Source: an uncultured Actinomycetes bacterium (GTDB taxonomy: Bacteria; Actinomycetota; UBA4738; HRBIN12). Taken from it: DNA of 64,000 nt. Numbering within the stretch: position 1 is the first letter of the stretch; each line of letters starts with the position of its first letter. Positions 48,551 to 57,518 of the stretch are shown one piece after another. The stretch covers positions 12,280 through 76,279 of the forward strand of contig CAVUTN010000006.1 of the NCBI GenBank assembly GCA_963744515.1. Reading direction: 5' to 3'. Both the position numbers and the translations under genes were made by a program. The notes beneath the pieces were generated by a model. It made no database searches, was not told the DNA's origin, and saw nothing but the letters and a program-made list of their open reading frames with translations.

Positions 48551-49704
48551 CTAGTGCGCGTGGCCGTGATGGCCGCCCGCCGTCACGGGGGCGCCGGGCA
48601 CCGCCATGATCGGGAGCGGCTTGCCGACCTTCGAGCGGGTGGTGTGCGCGAGCTCCCGCGCGGCGCGCCGGAGCGCCTCGCCCGCGGGTGAGTCCGGGTC
48701 GGTCACGACGATCGGTGCCCCGTCGTCGCCGCCCTCGCGCAGCGCGGGTTCGAGCGGCACCTGCGCGAACAGCGGGACGCCCAGGGTCTCGGCGGCCTCG
48801 TTCCCGCCGCCCTGACCGAAGATCGGCGTGGGCTCGCCGCAGTGCGGACAGACGAACCACGACATGTTCTCGATCACGCCGATCGGGCGCAGGTTGGTCC
48901 GCTCCGCCATCTTGCCCGCCCGCTCCGCGACCTTGCGCGCGGCCTCCTGCGGCGTGGTCACGACGAGCATCGACGCCCCCGGCAGGAACGACGCGAGGCT
49001 GATCGAGACGTCGCCGGTCCCCGGCGGCAGGTCGCACAGCAGGAAGTCGAGGTCGCCCCAGTACACGTCGCCGAGGAACTGCTCGATCGCCTTGTGCAGC
49101 ATCGGGCCCCGCCAGATCACCGGCGTCTCCTCGGGCACGAAGAAGCCCATCGAGATCACCTTCACGCCGTAGGACTCCATCGGCAGGATCATGTCGTTGA
49201 ACCCGACGGGCTTGCCGGTCACGCCCATCATGCGGGGCACGCTGAATCCCCAGACGTCGGCGTCGAGGATGCCGACGCGGTGCCCCTCGGCGGCCAGGGC
49301 GCAGGCGAGGTTCACGGTGACGCTGGACTTGCCGACGCCGCCCTTGCCCGACGCCACGGCGATCACCGTGGTGTCGGAGCCCGCGAAGAAGGTCGGCTGC
49401 TGCTGCTGGGGGCCGCGCCGCCCCGCAGGGTGGAGACCAGCGAGGCGCGTTGCTCCTCGCTCATCGGGGACAGGGAGACGTCCACGCGCTCCACGCCCTC
49501 GAGCGGCGCGAGCGCCTCGGTCACGTCGCTCGTGATCCGGTCCTTGAGCGGGCAGCCCTCGATCGTGATCAGGACGTGGACACGGACCAGGCCGCCGTCC
49601 AGCACCTCGATGTCCCGGAGCATGCCGATGTCCTCGATCGGCCGGCCGATCTCGGGGTCGTTGACGCTTCGCAGCGCTTCTCGGACCTGGTCCTGCGTGA
49701 CCAC
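48551..49704 (-). CDS. apbC: Mrp/ApbC-type Fe-S cluster carrier ATPase with an N-terminal DUF59/MIP18 domain and a His-rich tail, one -1 frameshift
   Basis: N-terminus (frame of ORF 49363..49944): VVTQDQVREALRSVNDPEIGRPIEDIGMLRDIEV..ITIEGCPLKD. ORF 48551..49366 gives IAVASGKGGVGKSSVTVNLA, DLPPGTGD, ENMSWFVCPHCGE (CxxC) and ends GGHHGHAH. The shift is in a C run near 49400. GTG 49704 has RBS AGGAGG. Confidence 0.9.
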
Positions 49705-49888
49705 GGGGTGACCTCCTGGTTCTCTGGCTGGTTCCTGCTGGCTCGGACTCCGCCGTGCGTCCGTGCTCGGATCGATCGGGCTCGGATTATCCTGGTCGGC
49801 ACGGTGCGAACCGTGCTTTCTCCCATGGTACGTCCGGCGCTCGCGGGCGTCGACGCGCGCCGGTCCCGTCGATCGCGAGGAGCGACCC

Positions 49889-50575
49889 GTGCCCGCCCGT
49901 GAGCCCACCCCGCTCGAGATCCACAAGGCGCTCGCCGACGACACGCGCTTCCGGCTCTACCGCTACCTGGGGCTCTCGGGCAGGCCGGTCTCGATCCGCG
50001 AGCTCTCGACCCGCCTGTCCCTGCACCCGAACACGCTCCGGCCGCATCTGCGCCGGCTCGAGGAGGCCGGCCTGGTCCGCCGCGAGATCCGCAAGGGCGC
50101 GACCGTGGGACGCCCGCAGACGATGTACGTCGCGATCGAGCAGATCGAGCGCGAGAACCGCGACTTCCGGCTCCTCGCCGAGATCCTGGCCGGCCTCGCC
50201 TCGGGCACGCGGGCCCGGACCCGCGCCACCGAGCGCGCCCGCGAATGGGGCCGGTACCTCGCGGCGCGCGGCGTCCCGAAACCGGGCACCCGCGCGTCGG
50301 CCCGGCACAACCTCGCCGTCCTGCAGGAGGCGATGGCCTCGGCCGGGTTCGACCCGCGTTTCCGAAGGGCGAGCGACGGGACCGTCGAGGTCACCCTGCG
50401 CGACTGCCCCTTCCGGGAGCTGCTCGACGACCACCGCGACCTCGTGTGCTCGATCCACCAGGGGTTGGTCGAGGGGATGCTCGGGGCGCTCGAGCCGCCG
50501 CTGTCCCTGGAGGCGTTCACGCCGCTCACCGAGCGCGCGATCTGCCGGGTGGAGGTGCGGGAACCGCGACCTTAG
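49889..50575 (+). CDS. ArsR-type winged-helix regulator with a Cys-containing C-terminal domain (SufR-like)
   Basis: Frame of ORF 49763..50575 from GTG 49889 (RBS GAGGAG). The wHTH is LADDTRFRLYRYLGLSGRPVSIRELSTRLSLHPNTLRPHLRRLEEAGLVRRE. The C-terminal domain has three Cys (RDCPFRELL, LVCSIHQG, AICRVEV). It is divergent from apbC. Confidence 0.65.
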   Translation: MPAREPTPLEIHKALADDTRFRLYRYLGLSGRPVSIRELSTRLSLHPNTLRPHLRRLEEAGLVRREIRKGATVGRPQTMYVAIEQIERENRDFRLLAEILAGLASGTRARTRATERAREWGRYLAARGVPKPGTRASARHNLAVLQEAMASAGFDPRFRRASDGTVEVTLRDCPFRELLDDHRDLVCSIHQGLVEGMLGALEPPLSLEAFTPLTERAICRVEVREPRP

Positions 50576-50608
50576 GCCGAGGGCTCAGGCGATGGCCGAC
50601 ACCGACCG

Positions 50609-50626
50609 ATAGTCCGAAAGGACTAT
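50609..50626 (+). promoter_or_regulatory. AT-rich 7-bp hairpin with a GAAA tetraloop upstream of pilT
   Basis: ATAGTCC-GAAA-GGACTAT, all 7 pairs verified. It is unusually AT-rich for this genome and ends 15 nt before the AGGAGG RBS of pilT. Confidence 0.4.
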
Positions 50627-50653
50627 GCCCGCCTACCTTCAGGAGGTCATCAG

Positions 50654-51835
50654 GTGATCGAGCCCGAGCAGCACGAGGCCGCCGGCCCGCCGGCCGGCGA
50701 CACCGACGGCGAACGCCCCGTCCACCTCGCCACGGCCGACGGCCGGGGCGGGATCGTGGACGAGTTCAACGGCTGGCTCGCGCTGCTGGTCGAACGCAAC
50801 GGCTCGGACCTGCACGTCAAGGTCGGCACGCCGCCGAAGATGCGTCAGTCCGGCGCCCTGCTCCCGCTCGATCGCGAGCCCCTGTCCCACGACGAGATGG
50901 AGGCGATCGGGAAGGCCATGATCCCGCCCGAGCGGGTCGAACGGTTCGAGACCGCGGGCGAGGTCGACTTCGCGTACTCGCTCCCCGGCGTCGGACGCTT
51001 CCGCGTCAACGTGTTCCGCCAGCGGGGCTCGGTCTCGGCGGTGCTGCGGAAGCTGCGGTTCGGCGGCCCGAGCTTCGACGAGATGGGCCTGCCCGAGGTG
51101 ATCCGTCAGCTCGCCGACGAGCAGCGCGGTCTGGTCCTGGTGACCGGCCCGACGGGCTCGGGCAAGACCACGACCCTGGCCGCGATGATCGAGCACCTGA
51201 ACCACACCCGGCAGAGCCACATCGTGACGATCGAGGACCCGATCGAGGTCCTGTTCCGCGACGACGTCGCGTCGATCAACCAGCGCGAGGTCGGCAACGA
51301 CACCGAGAGCTTCCTCTCGGCGCTCCGGGCCGCCCTGCGGCAGGACCCCGACGTGATCCTGATCGGCGAGATGCGGGACACCGAGACCGTGCGGACGTCG
51401 CTGCAGGCGGCCGAGACCGGCCACCTGGTCCTGTCGACGCTCCACACCGTGGACGCGACCGAGACCGTGAACCGCGTGGTCGACTTCTTCCCGCCCGAGC
51501 AGCAGGGCCAGATCCGGCTCACGCTCGCGGGCGCGCTCAAGGGGATCATCTGCCAGCGGCTGGTCCCGTCTCGCGACGGCGGGATGGTGCCGTGCCACGA
51601 GGTGCTCGTGAACACCGGGCGCGTCTCCGAACGGATCTCCGACGCCGACAAGACGGCCGAGATCCACGACGTGATCGCGGAGGGCGGGTACTACGGCATG
51701 TGCACGTTCGACCAGAGCCTGCTCCAGCTCGTCAAGGACGAGAAGGTCACGGTCGAGGCCGCACTGTCCGCCTCCTCGAACCCCCACGACTTCACGCTGC
51801 AGCTCCAGCAGGCCAGGATCGAGCTCCCGAGCTAA
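50654..51835 (+). CDS. pilT: PilT-family type IV pilus retraction / secretion ATPase
   Basis: Intact 393-aa ORF with GTG start and RBS AGGAGG. It has Walker A GPTGSGKTTT, Asp box, Walker B VILIGEMRD, His box LVLSTLHT and the PilT-type motif AIHNLIRE-like AEIHDVIAEG. There is an N-terminal ~35-aa extension. Confidence 0.9.
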   Translation: MIEPEQHEAAGPPAGDTDGERPVHLATADGRGGIVDEFNGWLALLVERNGSDLHVKVGTPPKMRQSGALLPLDREPLSHDEMEAIGKAMIPPERVERFETAGEVDFAYSLPGVGRFRVNVFRQRGSVSAVLRKLRFGGPSFDEMGLPEVIRQLADEQRGLVLVTGPTGSGKTTTLAAMIEHLNHTRQSHIVTIEDPIEVLFRDDVASINQREVGNDTESFLSALRAALRQDPDVILIGEMRDTETVRTSLQAAETGHLVLSTLHTVDATETVNRVVDFFPPEQQGQIRLTLAGALKGIICQRLVPSRDGGMVPCHEVLVNTGRVSERISDADKTAEIHDVIAEGGYYGMCTFDQSLLQLVKDEKVTVEAALSASSNPHDFTLQLQQARIELPS

Positions 51836-51839
51836 CCCG

Positions 51840-52403
51840 TCAGGCGGCCGGGCGCGGCCGCCGGCGGATCAGCGCGGCGATCCCCAGGCCGATCCCGATC
51901 CCGAGCAGGGGTCCGATCACCCATCCCGCCACGGCGGGCGCGGAGCTCGCCTGCCGCGTGACGGTGCGGACCTCGACCACCGGAGAGGGTTCGGGCTGCG
52001 AGAACGAGGAGACGTCGACGACCGCGCCGTTGCCGTCGCCGGCCCCGTCGCCCACGACGATCGCCCCGGTCATGCCCGGGTGGTAGCTGCAGGCGAACGG
52101 GTAGATCCCGTCCTCGTCGAAGGTGGCCGTGAACGCGTCGCCGGGGTTCAGGTCGTCGTAGTGGCCCCACAGGTTGCCGCCCACGTTGTGGACGAAGGGA
52201 TCCTCGTTCACGAACGTCACCGTGTCGCCGGGCTGGACCTGCAGGGTGCTCGGGGTGAAGCACATGTCCACCAGCTCCACCGTGTCCCCCGTGCCCTGGG
52301 TCGCGCCGGCGTGGCAGCCGCCGCCGGCGGCGGCGGGGATCGCGGGGACGATCAGGACGGTGAGGACGGCGGCGGCGATCACGATCGCGCTGCGGCGAGC
52401 CAT
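51840..52403 (-). CDS. Membrane-anchored cupredoxin (type-1 copper, amicyanin-like loop)
   Basis: Signal MARRSAIVIAAAVLTVLIVPAIPAAAG, then a cupredoxin with His (PFVHNV) and C-S-Y-H-P-G-M (C-x2-H-x2-M). A linker and a C-terminal TM VAGWVIGPLLGIGIGLGIAALI plus RRRPR follow. Confidence 0.8.
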   Translation of the reverse strand: MARRSAIVIAAAVLTVLIVPAIPAAAGGGCHAGATQGTGDTVELVDMCFTPSTLQVQPGDTVTFVNEDPFVHNVGGNLWGHYDDLNPGDAFTATFDEDGIYPFACSYHPGMTGAIVVGDGAGDGNGAVVDVSSFSQPEPSPVVEVRTVTRQASSAPAVAGWVIGPLLGIGIGLGIAALIRRRPRPAA

Positions 52404-52477
52404 GGGCGTCTCCTCTCGCGGGGGTCTCGGAACCGTCTACACCGCGGATGCGGATCCGGTTCCGCCCCGTGGCGCCC

Positions 52478-53257
52478 TCAGGCCATCGATCGGGCGATCT
52501 CGAGCGCCGACGCCCGGTCGAGCGAGGTCTCGAGCCGGTAGGTGATGCCGTCCACCTCCCAGATCAGGACGTTGCCTCGGACCGAGAAGGTCTCGGTGCC
52601 ATCCTCGGTGTCGACCGTGAGCACGTGGGGGACCGGGATCCACGCCGCCCGCCCGCCGTCGACCGAGGCATCGTGCACGTCCTCGAACGCCTGGACGGTC
52701 TTGACCACGGTCTCGTCGTCGCCCTGGAACGCGATCAGGACGAGCCCCCACTCGGTGCCCGGCAGGGCGGGGTAGGTCGCGCTCGGCCGCCACGCGTAGA
52801 CCAGCCCGGGGTCGCCGAAGGGGCTGTCGATCACGTAGACCTCGTCGGGTGGCGGTCCCGAGGGCAGGGACGGCTCGAACCCCGCGAGCGCGACGGCCTC
52901 CTCGGCCGGCACCGGGTCGCCGAGCGCGCGCGGCGTCACCGGCGGCAGCGAGGCCGAGGGCGTGACGCCGGGCTGGACGCGGATCTCGATCGAGCCGATC
53001 GCGAACCGGGCCGCGGCGGCGAGGGCGAGCGCGGCGAGCAGGCCGATCGTCGCGAGCACGAGCACCCGCCGGCGGCTCCACAGGGCACGCCGCGGGAGCA
53101 CCGGGCGGGCGCCGGACGCGCGCTCGGTCTCGAGCCGTGCGAGGACGGCGTTGCGCAGCGACGGGGTCGGGGGGTACGCGAGCTCGGGTCCGAGCGCCGT
53201 CAGCGCCGCCGCCACCTGCTCGTTCGTCATCGGTCGGTCACCCATCCCAGCCTTCAC
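52478..53257 (-). CDS. Putative anti-sigma factor / single-pass membrane protein with an extracytoplasmic DUF4367-like domain
   Basis: The GTG at 53257 overlaps the sigma-factor stop (GTGA): VKAGMGDRPMTNEQVAAALTALGPELAYPP..., TM VLVLATIGLLAALALAAAA, then a ~180-aa external domain ending NVLIWEVDGITYRLETSLDRASALEIARSMA. In the track it is fused to the sigma factor as ORF 52478..53824. Confidence 0.65.
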   Translation of the reverse strand: MKAGMGDRPMTNEQVAAALTALGPELAYPPTPSLRNAVLARLETERASGARPVLPRRALWSRRRVLVLATIGLLAALALAAAARFAIGSIEIRVQPGVTPSASLPPVTPRALGDPVPAEEAVALAGFEPSLPSGPPPDEVYVIDSPFGDPGLVYAWRPSATYPALPGTEWGLVLIAFQGDDETVVKTVQAFEDVHDASVDGGRAAWIPVPHVLTVDTEDGTETFSVRGNVLIWEVDGITYRLETSLDRASALEIARSMA

Positions 53258-53824
53258 GGGGACCCCTCCAGGTGGTCGCGCAGCTTGCTCAGGCCCTCGC
53301 GACAGCCGCGACTTGACGGTCCCCGGGCGGATCGCCAGGGCCCGGGCCGTCTCGGCCTCCGAGAGCTCGAGCAGGTAGCGGTAGGTGACGACCAACCGCT
53401 CGGGCTCGGAGAGGCGCTCGATCGCCCCGAGCAGCGCCTCGCGTTCCTCGCGCCCCAGGGCCGCGGTCTCGGGGGACGGGGCCGCGTCCCCCGAGCCGCG
53501 GTCCTGCGCGAGCCGAACGGTGAGACGCTCGCGCCGGCCCACCGACCGCCGCCGGTTCTTCGCCTCGTTCGACACGATCCGAAGGACCCACGGGCGGAAC
53601 GCCTCCCCGGCCCGGAATCGGTCGAGCGCGTAGAAGGCCTTGACGAAGGCCTCCTGTGCCGCGTCCTCGGCCTCGGCGGAGCTTCGCGTGATCAGCCATG
53701 CGGTGCGGAACGCCACCTCCCGGTATCGCTCCACGAGCTCGCCGAAGGCCTGAACGTCACCGTCGCGCGCGAGCCGTGCGAGCTCGACGTCCTCCAGTGG
53801 ACGGCCCTCCACTCGGTCGGTCAT
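53254..53824 (-). CDS. ECF (group IV) RNA polymerase sigma factor, one +1 frameshift near the 3' end
   Basis: Region 2 is AFGELVERYREVAFRTAWLITRSSAEAEDAAQEAFVKAFYALDRFRAGEAFRPWVLRIVSNEA. Region 4 is LSEPERLVVTYRYLLELSEAETARALAIRPGTVKSRLSR. The true end, GLSKLRDHLEGSP*, is recovered by removing one G near 53300. Confidence 0.88.
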
Positions 53825-53870
53825 CCCGGTCTACACCGGGGGGATGCCGCCGGTTCCGCGGGTCGCGTCG

Positions 53871-54752
53871 CTACGCGCCGGCCTTCCCGTTGCCGAACGT
53901 CTGCTCGGCGAAGTCCGTGATCCCCGAGAGCAGCTTCGTGAACTCCATGGGGATCACGAACTTCGTCGAGGGCGACTGGCCGATCTGCTTGAGCGCCTCC
54001 AGGTACTGCAGGCTCATCGTCTTCGCGTCGACGCCCTGCGCCGATTCGAAGATCCTCGTCAGCGCGAGCGCGAACCCCTCGGCGCGCAGGATCGCCGCCT
54101 GCCGGTCGCCCTCGGCGTTCAGGATCGCCGACTGCTTGTTGCCCTCGGCCACGGTGATCGCGGCCTGCTTGGCTCCCTCGGCCTCGGTCACGACGGCGCG
54201 TCGGGTGCGCTCGGCCGACATCTGACGCGTCATCGCGTCCTGGACCTGCGGCGGCGGGATGATCTCGCGGATCTCGACGTTGGTGACCTTGACGCCCCAG
54301 CGCTCCGTCACCTCGTCGAGCTTGACGCGCAGGATCTCGTTCATCGCCTCGCGCTTGGCGAGCACGTCGTCGAGCGACATGTCGCCGACCACCGATCGCA
54401 GGGTCGTGGCGGCGATGTTCTGCGCCGCCCCGGCGAAGTTGCCCACCTCGATCACCGACATCCGGGCGTCCACGACCCGATAGAAGACGATGAAGTCGAT
54501 CGAGATCGTCGCGTTGTCCTCGGTGATCGCGGCCTGGTGCGGGATCTCCAGGTAGAGCTCGCGCAGGTCGACCCAGACGCCCTTGTCCACGAACGGGATC
54601 AGCAGGACGAGCCCGGGTCCCTTCGCGCCGATCGCCCGCCCGAGGCGGAACACCATCAGCCGCTGGTACTCGCGGACGATCTTGACCGCCACGGGGACGA
54701 GCAGGATGAGCAGCAGCAGGACGACCCCGACGCCGATCGCCAAGGGGATCAC
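53871..54752 (-). CDS. SPFH/band-7 (stomatin/prohibitin-like) membrane protein
   Basis: From GTG 54752 (RBS GGAGGGAG) in ORF 53871..55136(-): VIPLAIGVGVVLLLLILLVPVAVKIVREYQRLMVFRLGR...ITEDNATISIDFIVFYRVVD...VKVTNVEIREI, followed by an Ala/Glu-rich coiled coil. Confidence 0.9.
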   Translation of the reverse strand: MIPLAIGVGVVLLLLILLVPVAVKIVREYQRLMVFRLGRAIGAKGPGLVLLIPFVDKGVWVDLRELYLEIPHQAAITEDNATISIDFIVFYRVVDARMSVIEVGNFAGAAQNIAATTLRSVVGDMSLDDVLAKREAMNEILRVKLDEVTERWGVKVTNVEIREIIPPPQVQDAMTRQMSAERTRRAVVTEAEGAKQAAITVAEGNKQSAILNAEGDRQAAILRAEGFALALTRIFESAQGVDAKTMSLQYLEALKQIGQSPSTKFVIPMEFTKLLSGITDFAEQTFGNGKAGA

Positions 54753-56091
54753 GGTTGTCTCCCTCCTCGTTGCCCTTCGGTGGCCGCCGTGGCCGGCGCC
54801 TCCGTGGGTTCGACCTTGAGCTTCAATCCTTCCATCTCGACGACCCGGACGTGGTCGCCCTTGCGGGGGGTGCCGCGGATCGACTCCGCCGTCCAGTGTT
54901 CCGAGGCGACCTGGACGACCCCGGTCGGATGGAGGTCCTGCAGGACGATGCCCTCCAGCCCGATCAGCTGCTCGTCCCGGGTCGTCGACGTACGGTGCCG
55001 CAGCCGCATCGCGGCTCGGACGACGACCAGGAAGAAGACCGCGGCGAAGATCGCGACCGGGACGATCACGAGCGGCGAGACCGACACGCCCGGTACCGAG
55101 GTGTCGAACAGGAACAGGCCGCCGAGCACCAGGCACACCACGCCGGCGATCGCCGGCAGGCCGAGGCCCGGGTGCAGCAACTCGAGGACGAAGAACACGA
55201 GCGAGGCGACGAGCAGGACGACCCCGATCAGCTGGACGGGAAGCATCCCGAGCGCCACGAGCGACGCCACGAACATCAGCGCGCCGAGCGTCCCGACGAC
55301 GCCGCCGGGGATGAAGAACTCGGCGACGATGAACGCGAGCCCGAGCCAGAAGAAGACGAAGGCGAGGTTCGGGTCCAGGAGCGAGTGGAAGAAGCCGGCG
55401 AAGAAGCCCATCGTGTCCTCGGTCACGGTGGCGCCCGCCACGTCGAGCGTGACGGGTTCGCCCGACACCTGGACCGTCATGCCGTTCACGTCCGCGAGGA
55501 GCGTGGGCACGTCCGGGGCGATCAGGTCGATCACCCCGAGCTGCAGCGCCTCCTCGGCCGAGACGCTCTCGGCGTCCCGGACCGCCGACTCCGCCCAGAC
55601 GGCGTTGCGCCCGCGAGCCTCGGCGATGCCCACGATGTACTCCGCCGCGTCGTTCACGGCCTTCTCCGAGGCGACGGCGCCGGACAGTCCCACCGGCTGG
55701 GCCGCGCCGACGTTGGTCGCCGGCGCCATCGCCGCGACGTTCGTCGACAGCAGGATGAACGTGCCGGCGGAGGCCGCTCGGGCCCCCGACGGCGAGACGT
55801 AGCCGATCACCGGGACCTTCGCGTTCAGGATCGGCCTGGCGTGATCTGCCGCATCGACGAGTCGAGCCCGCCGGGCGTATCGAGCGTCAGCAGCACGGCG
55901 GCGGCGCCCGCGTCGGCAGCGTCGGCGATGCCGCCCTCCACGTGGTCGGCGACGAAGGGATCGACGACGCCGTCGATCCGCAGCTCGACGACCTCGGGGG
56001 AGCCGGACTGCGCGAGCGCGCCGTGGGCTCCGATCGACACGCACGCCGCCGCCAGGGAGGCGAGCACCGCTGCGCGTCGGAGGGTCATCAC
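54749..56091 (-). CDS. NfeD-family membrane-bound ClpP-class serine protease, one -1 frameshift
   Basis: ORF 55825..56091(-) gives the signal MMTLRRAAVLASLAAACV and LTLDTPGGLDSSMRQI. It continues in ORF 54749..56044(-) as PVIGYVSPSGARAASAGTFILLSTNVAAMAP.., then 4-5 TM segments and a C-terminal NfeD OB domain (GVVQVASEHWTAES..GDHVRVVEMEGLKLKVEP). The stop overlaps the SPFH start (GTGA). Confidence 0.88.
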
Positions 56092-56147
56092 GTCACCACC
56101 TTCATCATCGCACCGGCGCGAACGGAAGGCGCGCTACCCTGCTCGGC

Positions 56148-56799
56148 GTGAGGGCCGTCGTCGCGTTCGCGTGCGTCTGGGCGATCGCGTGGTCGGCATC
56201 GCCGGCCGCCGGCGGCGAGGGCGACGAGCCGTTCACGGGTTCGGTTTCCAGGATCGACCGGGACACGCGGCGGCTCATGGTCGGCTCGTCCTGGCACGCG
56301 GGTGTCCCACGCCGCTCCGGGACCTTCGGATCGTGCGGGTGACCTACCGAGGGTTCGACGGGGCGCCGCACCGCGGGCGGCTCGCGGTGCACCGACGGTG
56401 GGCGGACGAGATCCTGGCGGTCTTCCGCCGCCTGTACCGGAGCGGGTTCCCGATCCGGCGGGTGCGGCTGGTGGATCGCTTCGACGCGGACGATCGCGCG
56501 TCGATGCGGCACGACAACACCTCCGCGTTCAACTGCCGGTACGTCGCGGGCACCACGACCTGGTCCCAGCACGCCTACGGCCGCGCGATCGACATCAATC
56601 CGGTCGAGAACCCGTACGTCGAGGGCTCGCACGTCTCGCCGGGCCGGGGTCGCCGGTACTTGACCGGACCGATGTCCGGCCGGGGATGATCGTCCCGCAC
56701 GAGGTCGTCGTCCGGGTCTTCCGGCGGATCGGCTGGGGCTGGGGAGGGCGCTGGACCTCCGCCAGGGACTACCAGCACTTCTCGGCGAACGGGCGGTGA
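56148..56799 (+). CDS. Secreted M15-family metallopeptidase (VanY / D-Ala-D-Ala carboxypeptidase-like), two -1 frameshifts
   Basis: The signal is VRAVVAFACVWAIAWSASPAAG (ORF 56148..). The core lies in the frame of ORF 54755..56689: RIVRVTYRGFDGAPHRGRLAVHRRWADEILAVFRRLYRSGFPIRR...AFNCRYVAGTTTWSQHAYGRAIDINP (H-x6-D). The end is in ORF 56302..56799: RRIGWGWGGRWTSARDYQHFSANGR*. Shifts at ~56305 and ~56650. Confidence 0.8.
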
Positions 56800-56945
56800 C
56801 GTAGGCCCGACGGGGGACCGGCTCTGCCGGCCCGAACGAGCCGACGGCCCACCCGGCGTCGAATGCCACCTCGCATGGCATGATGACGAAGCCCCACCGT
56901 CAAGCTCGCGGCGGTGCGGCGGGCGTATACCTGGAAGGAGTTCGG

Positions 56946-57518
56946 GTGAGCACTCGGCCCGATGGTCCGCTCCTCGCCCGTGAGGAGCAACAACTCGTGG
57001 AGGGACTCCTTGCCGGGAACGAGGACGCGGTGCGTGCGCTCTACGCGCGGTTCGCACGTCCGATCTTCACGCTCGGGTTGCGGCTGCTGGGGAGCGCGGA
57101 GGCGGCCGAGGAGTTGACGCAGGACGTCTTCCTCGCGGCGTGGCGCAAGGCCGCGCGTTTCGATCCCGCTCGCGGGCGCCTGTCGACTTGGCTCATGACG
57201 ATCGCCCACAACCTCGCCGTGGACCGACTGCGGCGCGAGACCGGCGTCACGCGCCCGCACCTGGTCCTGGTCGACGAGGTCCCCGAGCTCGAGTGGGTGG
57301 ACGAGGAGGAGCCGCTGATCGAACGCGACGCGGCGATCCGCGCCCTCGAGTCGCTCTCGGACGCCGAGAAGCGGCTCCTCGCGCGCGCGTACTTCGGCGG
57401 CCTCACGGCGCGCGAGATCGCCGAGGCCGACGGGATCCCGCTCGGCACGGTCAAGACGCGGCTCCGGACGGCGCTCATCAAGGTCCGGCGCGCGAACCAG
57501 GACAAGGAGCGGCCGTGA
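56946..57518 (+). CDS. ECF (group IV) RNA polymerase sigma factor
   Basis: ORF 56880..57518; I prefer GTG 56946 (RBS GGAAGGAG). Region 2 is AVRALYARFARPIFTLGLRLLGSAEAAEELTQDVFLAAWRKAARFDPARGRLSTWLMTIAHNLAVDRLR. Region 4 is LSDAEKRLLARAYFGGLTAREIAEADGIPLGTVKTRLR. Confidence 0.88.
   Translation: MSTRPDGPLLAREEQQLVEGLLAGNEDAVRALYARFARPIFTLGLRLLGSAEAAEELTQDVFLAAWRKAARFDPARGRLSTWLMTIAHNLAVDRLRRETGVTRPHLVLVDEVPELEWVDEEEPLIERDAAIRALESLSDAEKRLLARAYFGGLTAREIAEADGIPLGTVKTRLRTALIKVRRANQDKERP

Noticed and set aside
53829-53858. An ECF-type promoter (GGAACC ... GTGTAGA) directly upstream of the sigma gene at 53824.
   Set aside because: A -35-like GGAACC is present. However, the -10 region does not match CGT(C/T), and the distance to the ATG (about 3-6 nt) is too short. 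I did not call it a feature.
56833-56860. A candidate autoregulated ECF promoter (CGAAC-N19-CGTC) upstream of the second sigma factor.
   Set aside because: The spacer is 2-3 nt longer than typical ECF promoters and the -35 element is imperfect. It is too weak to report without TSS data.
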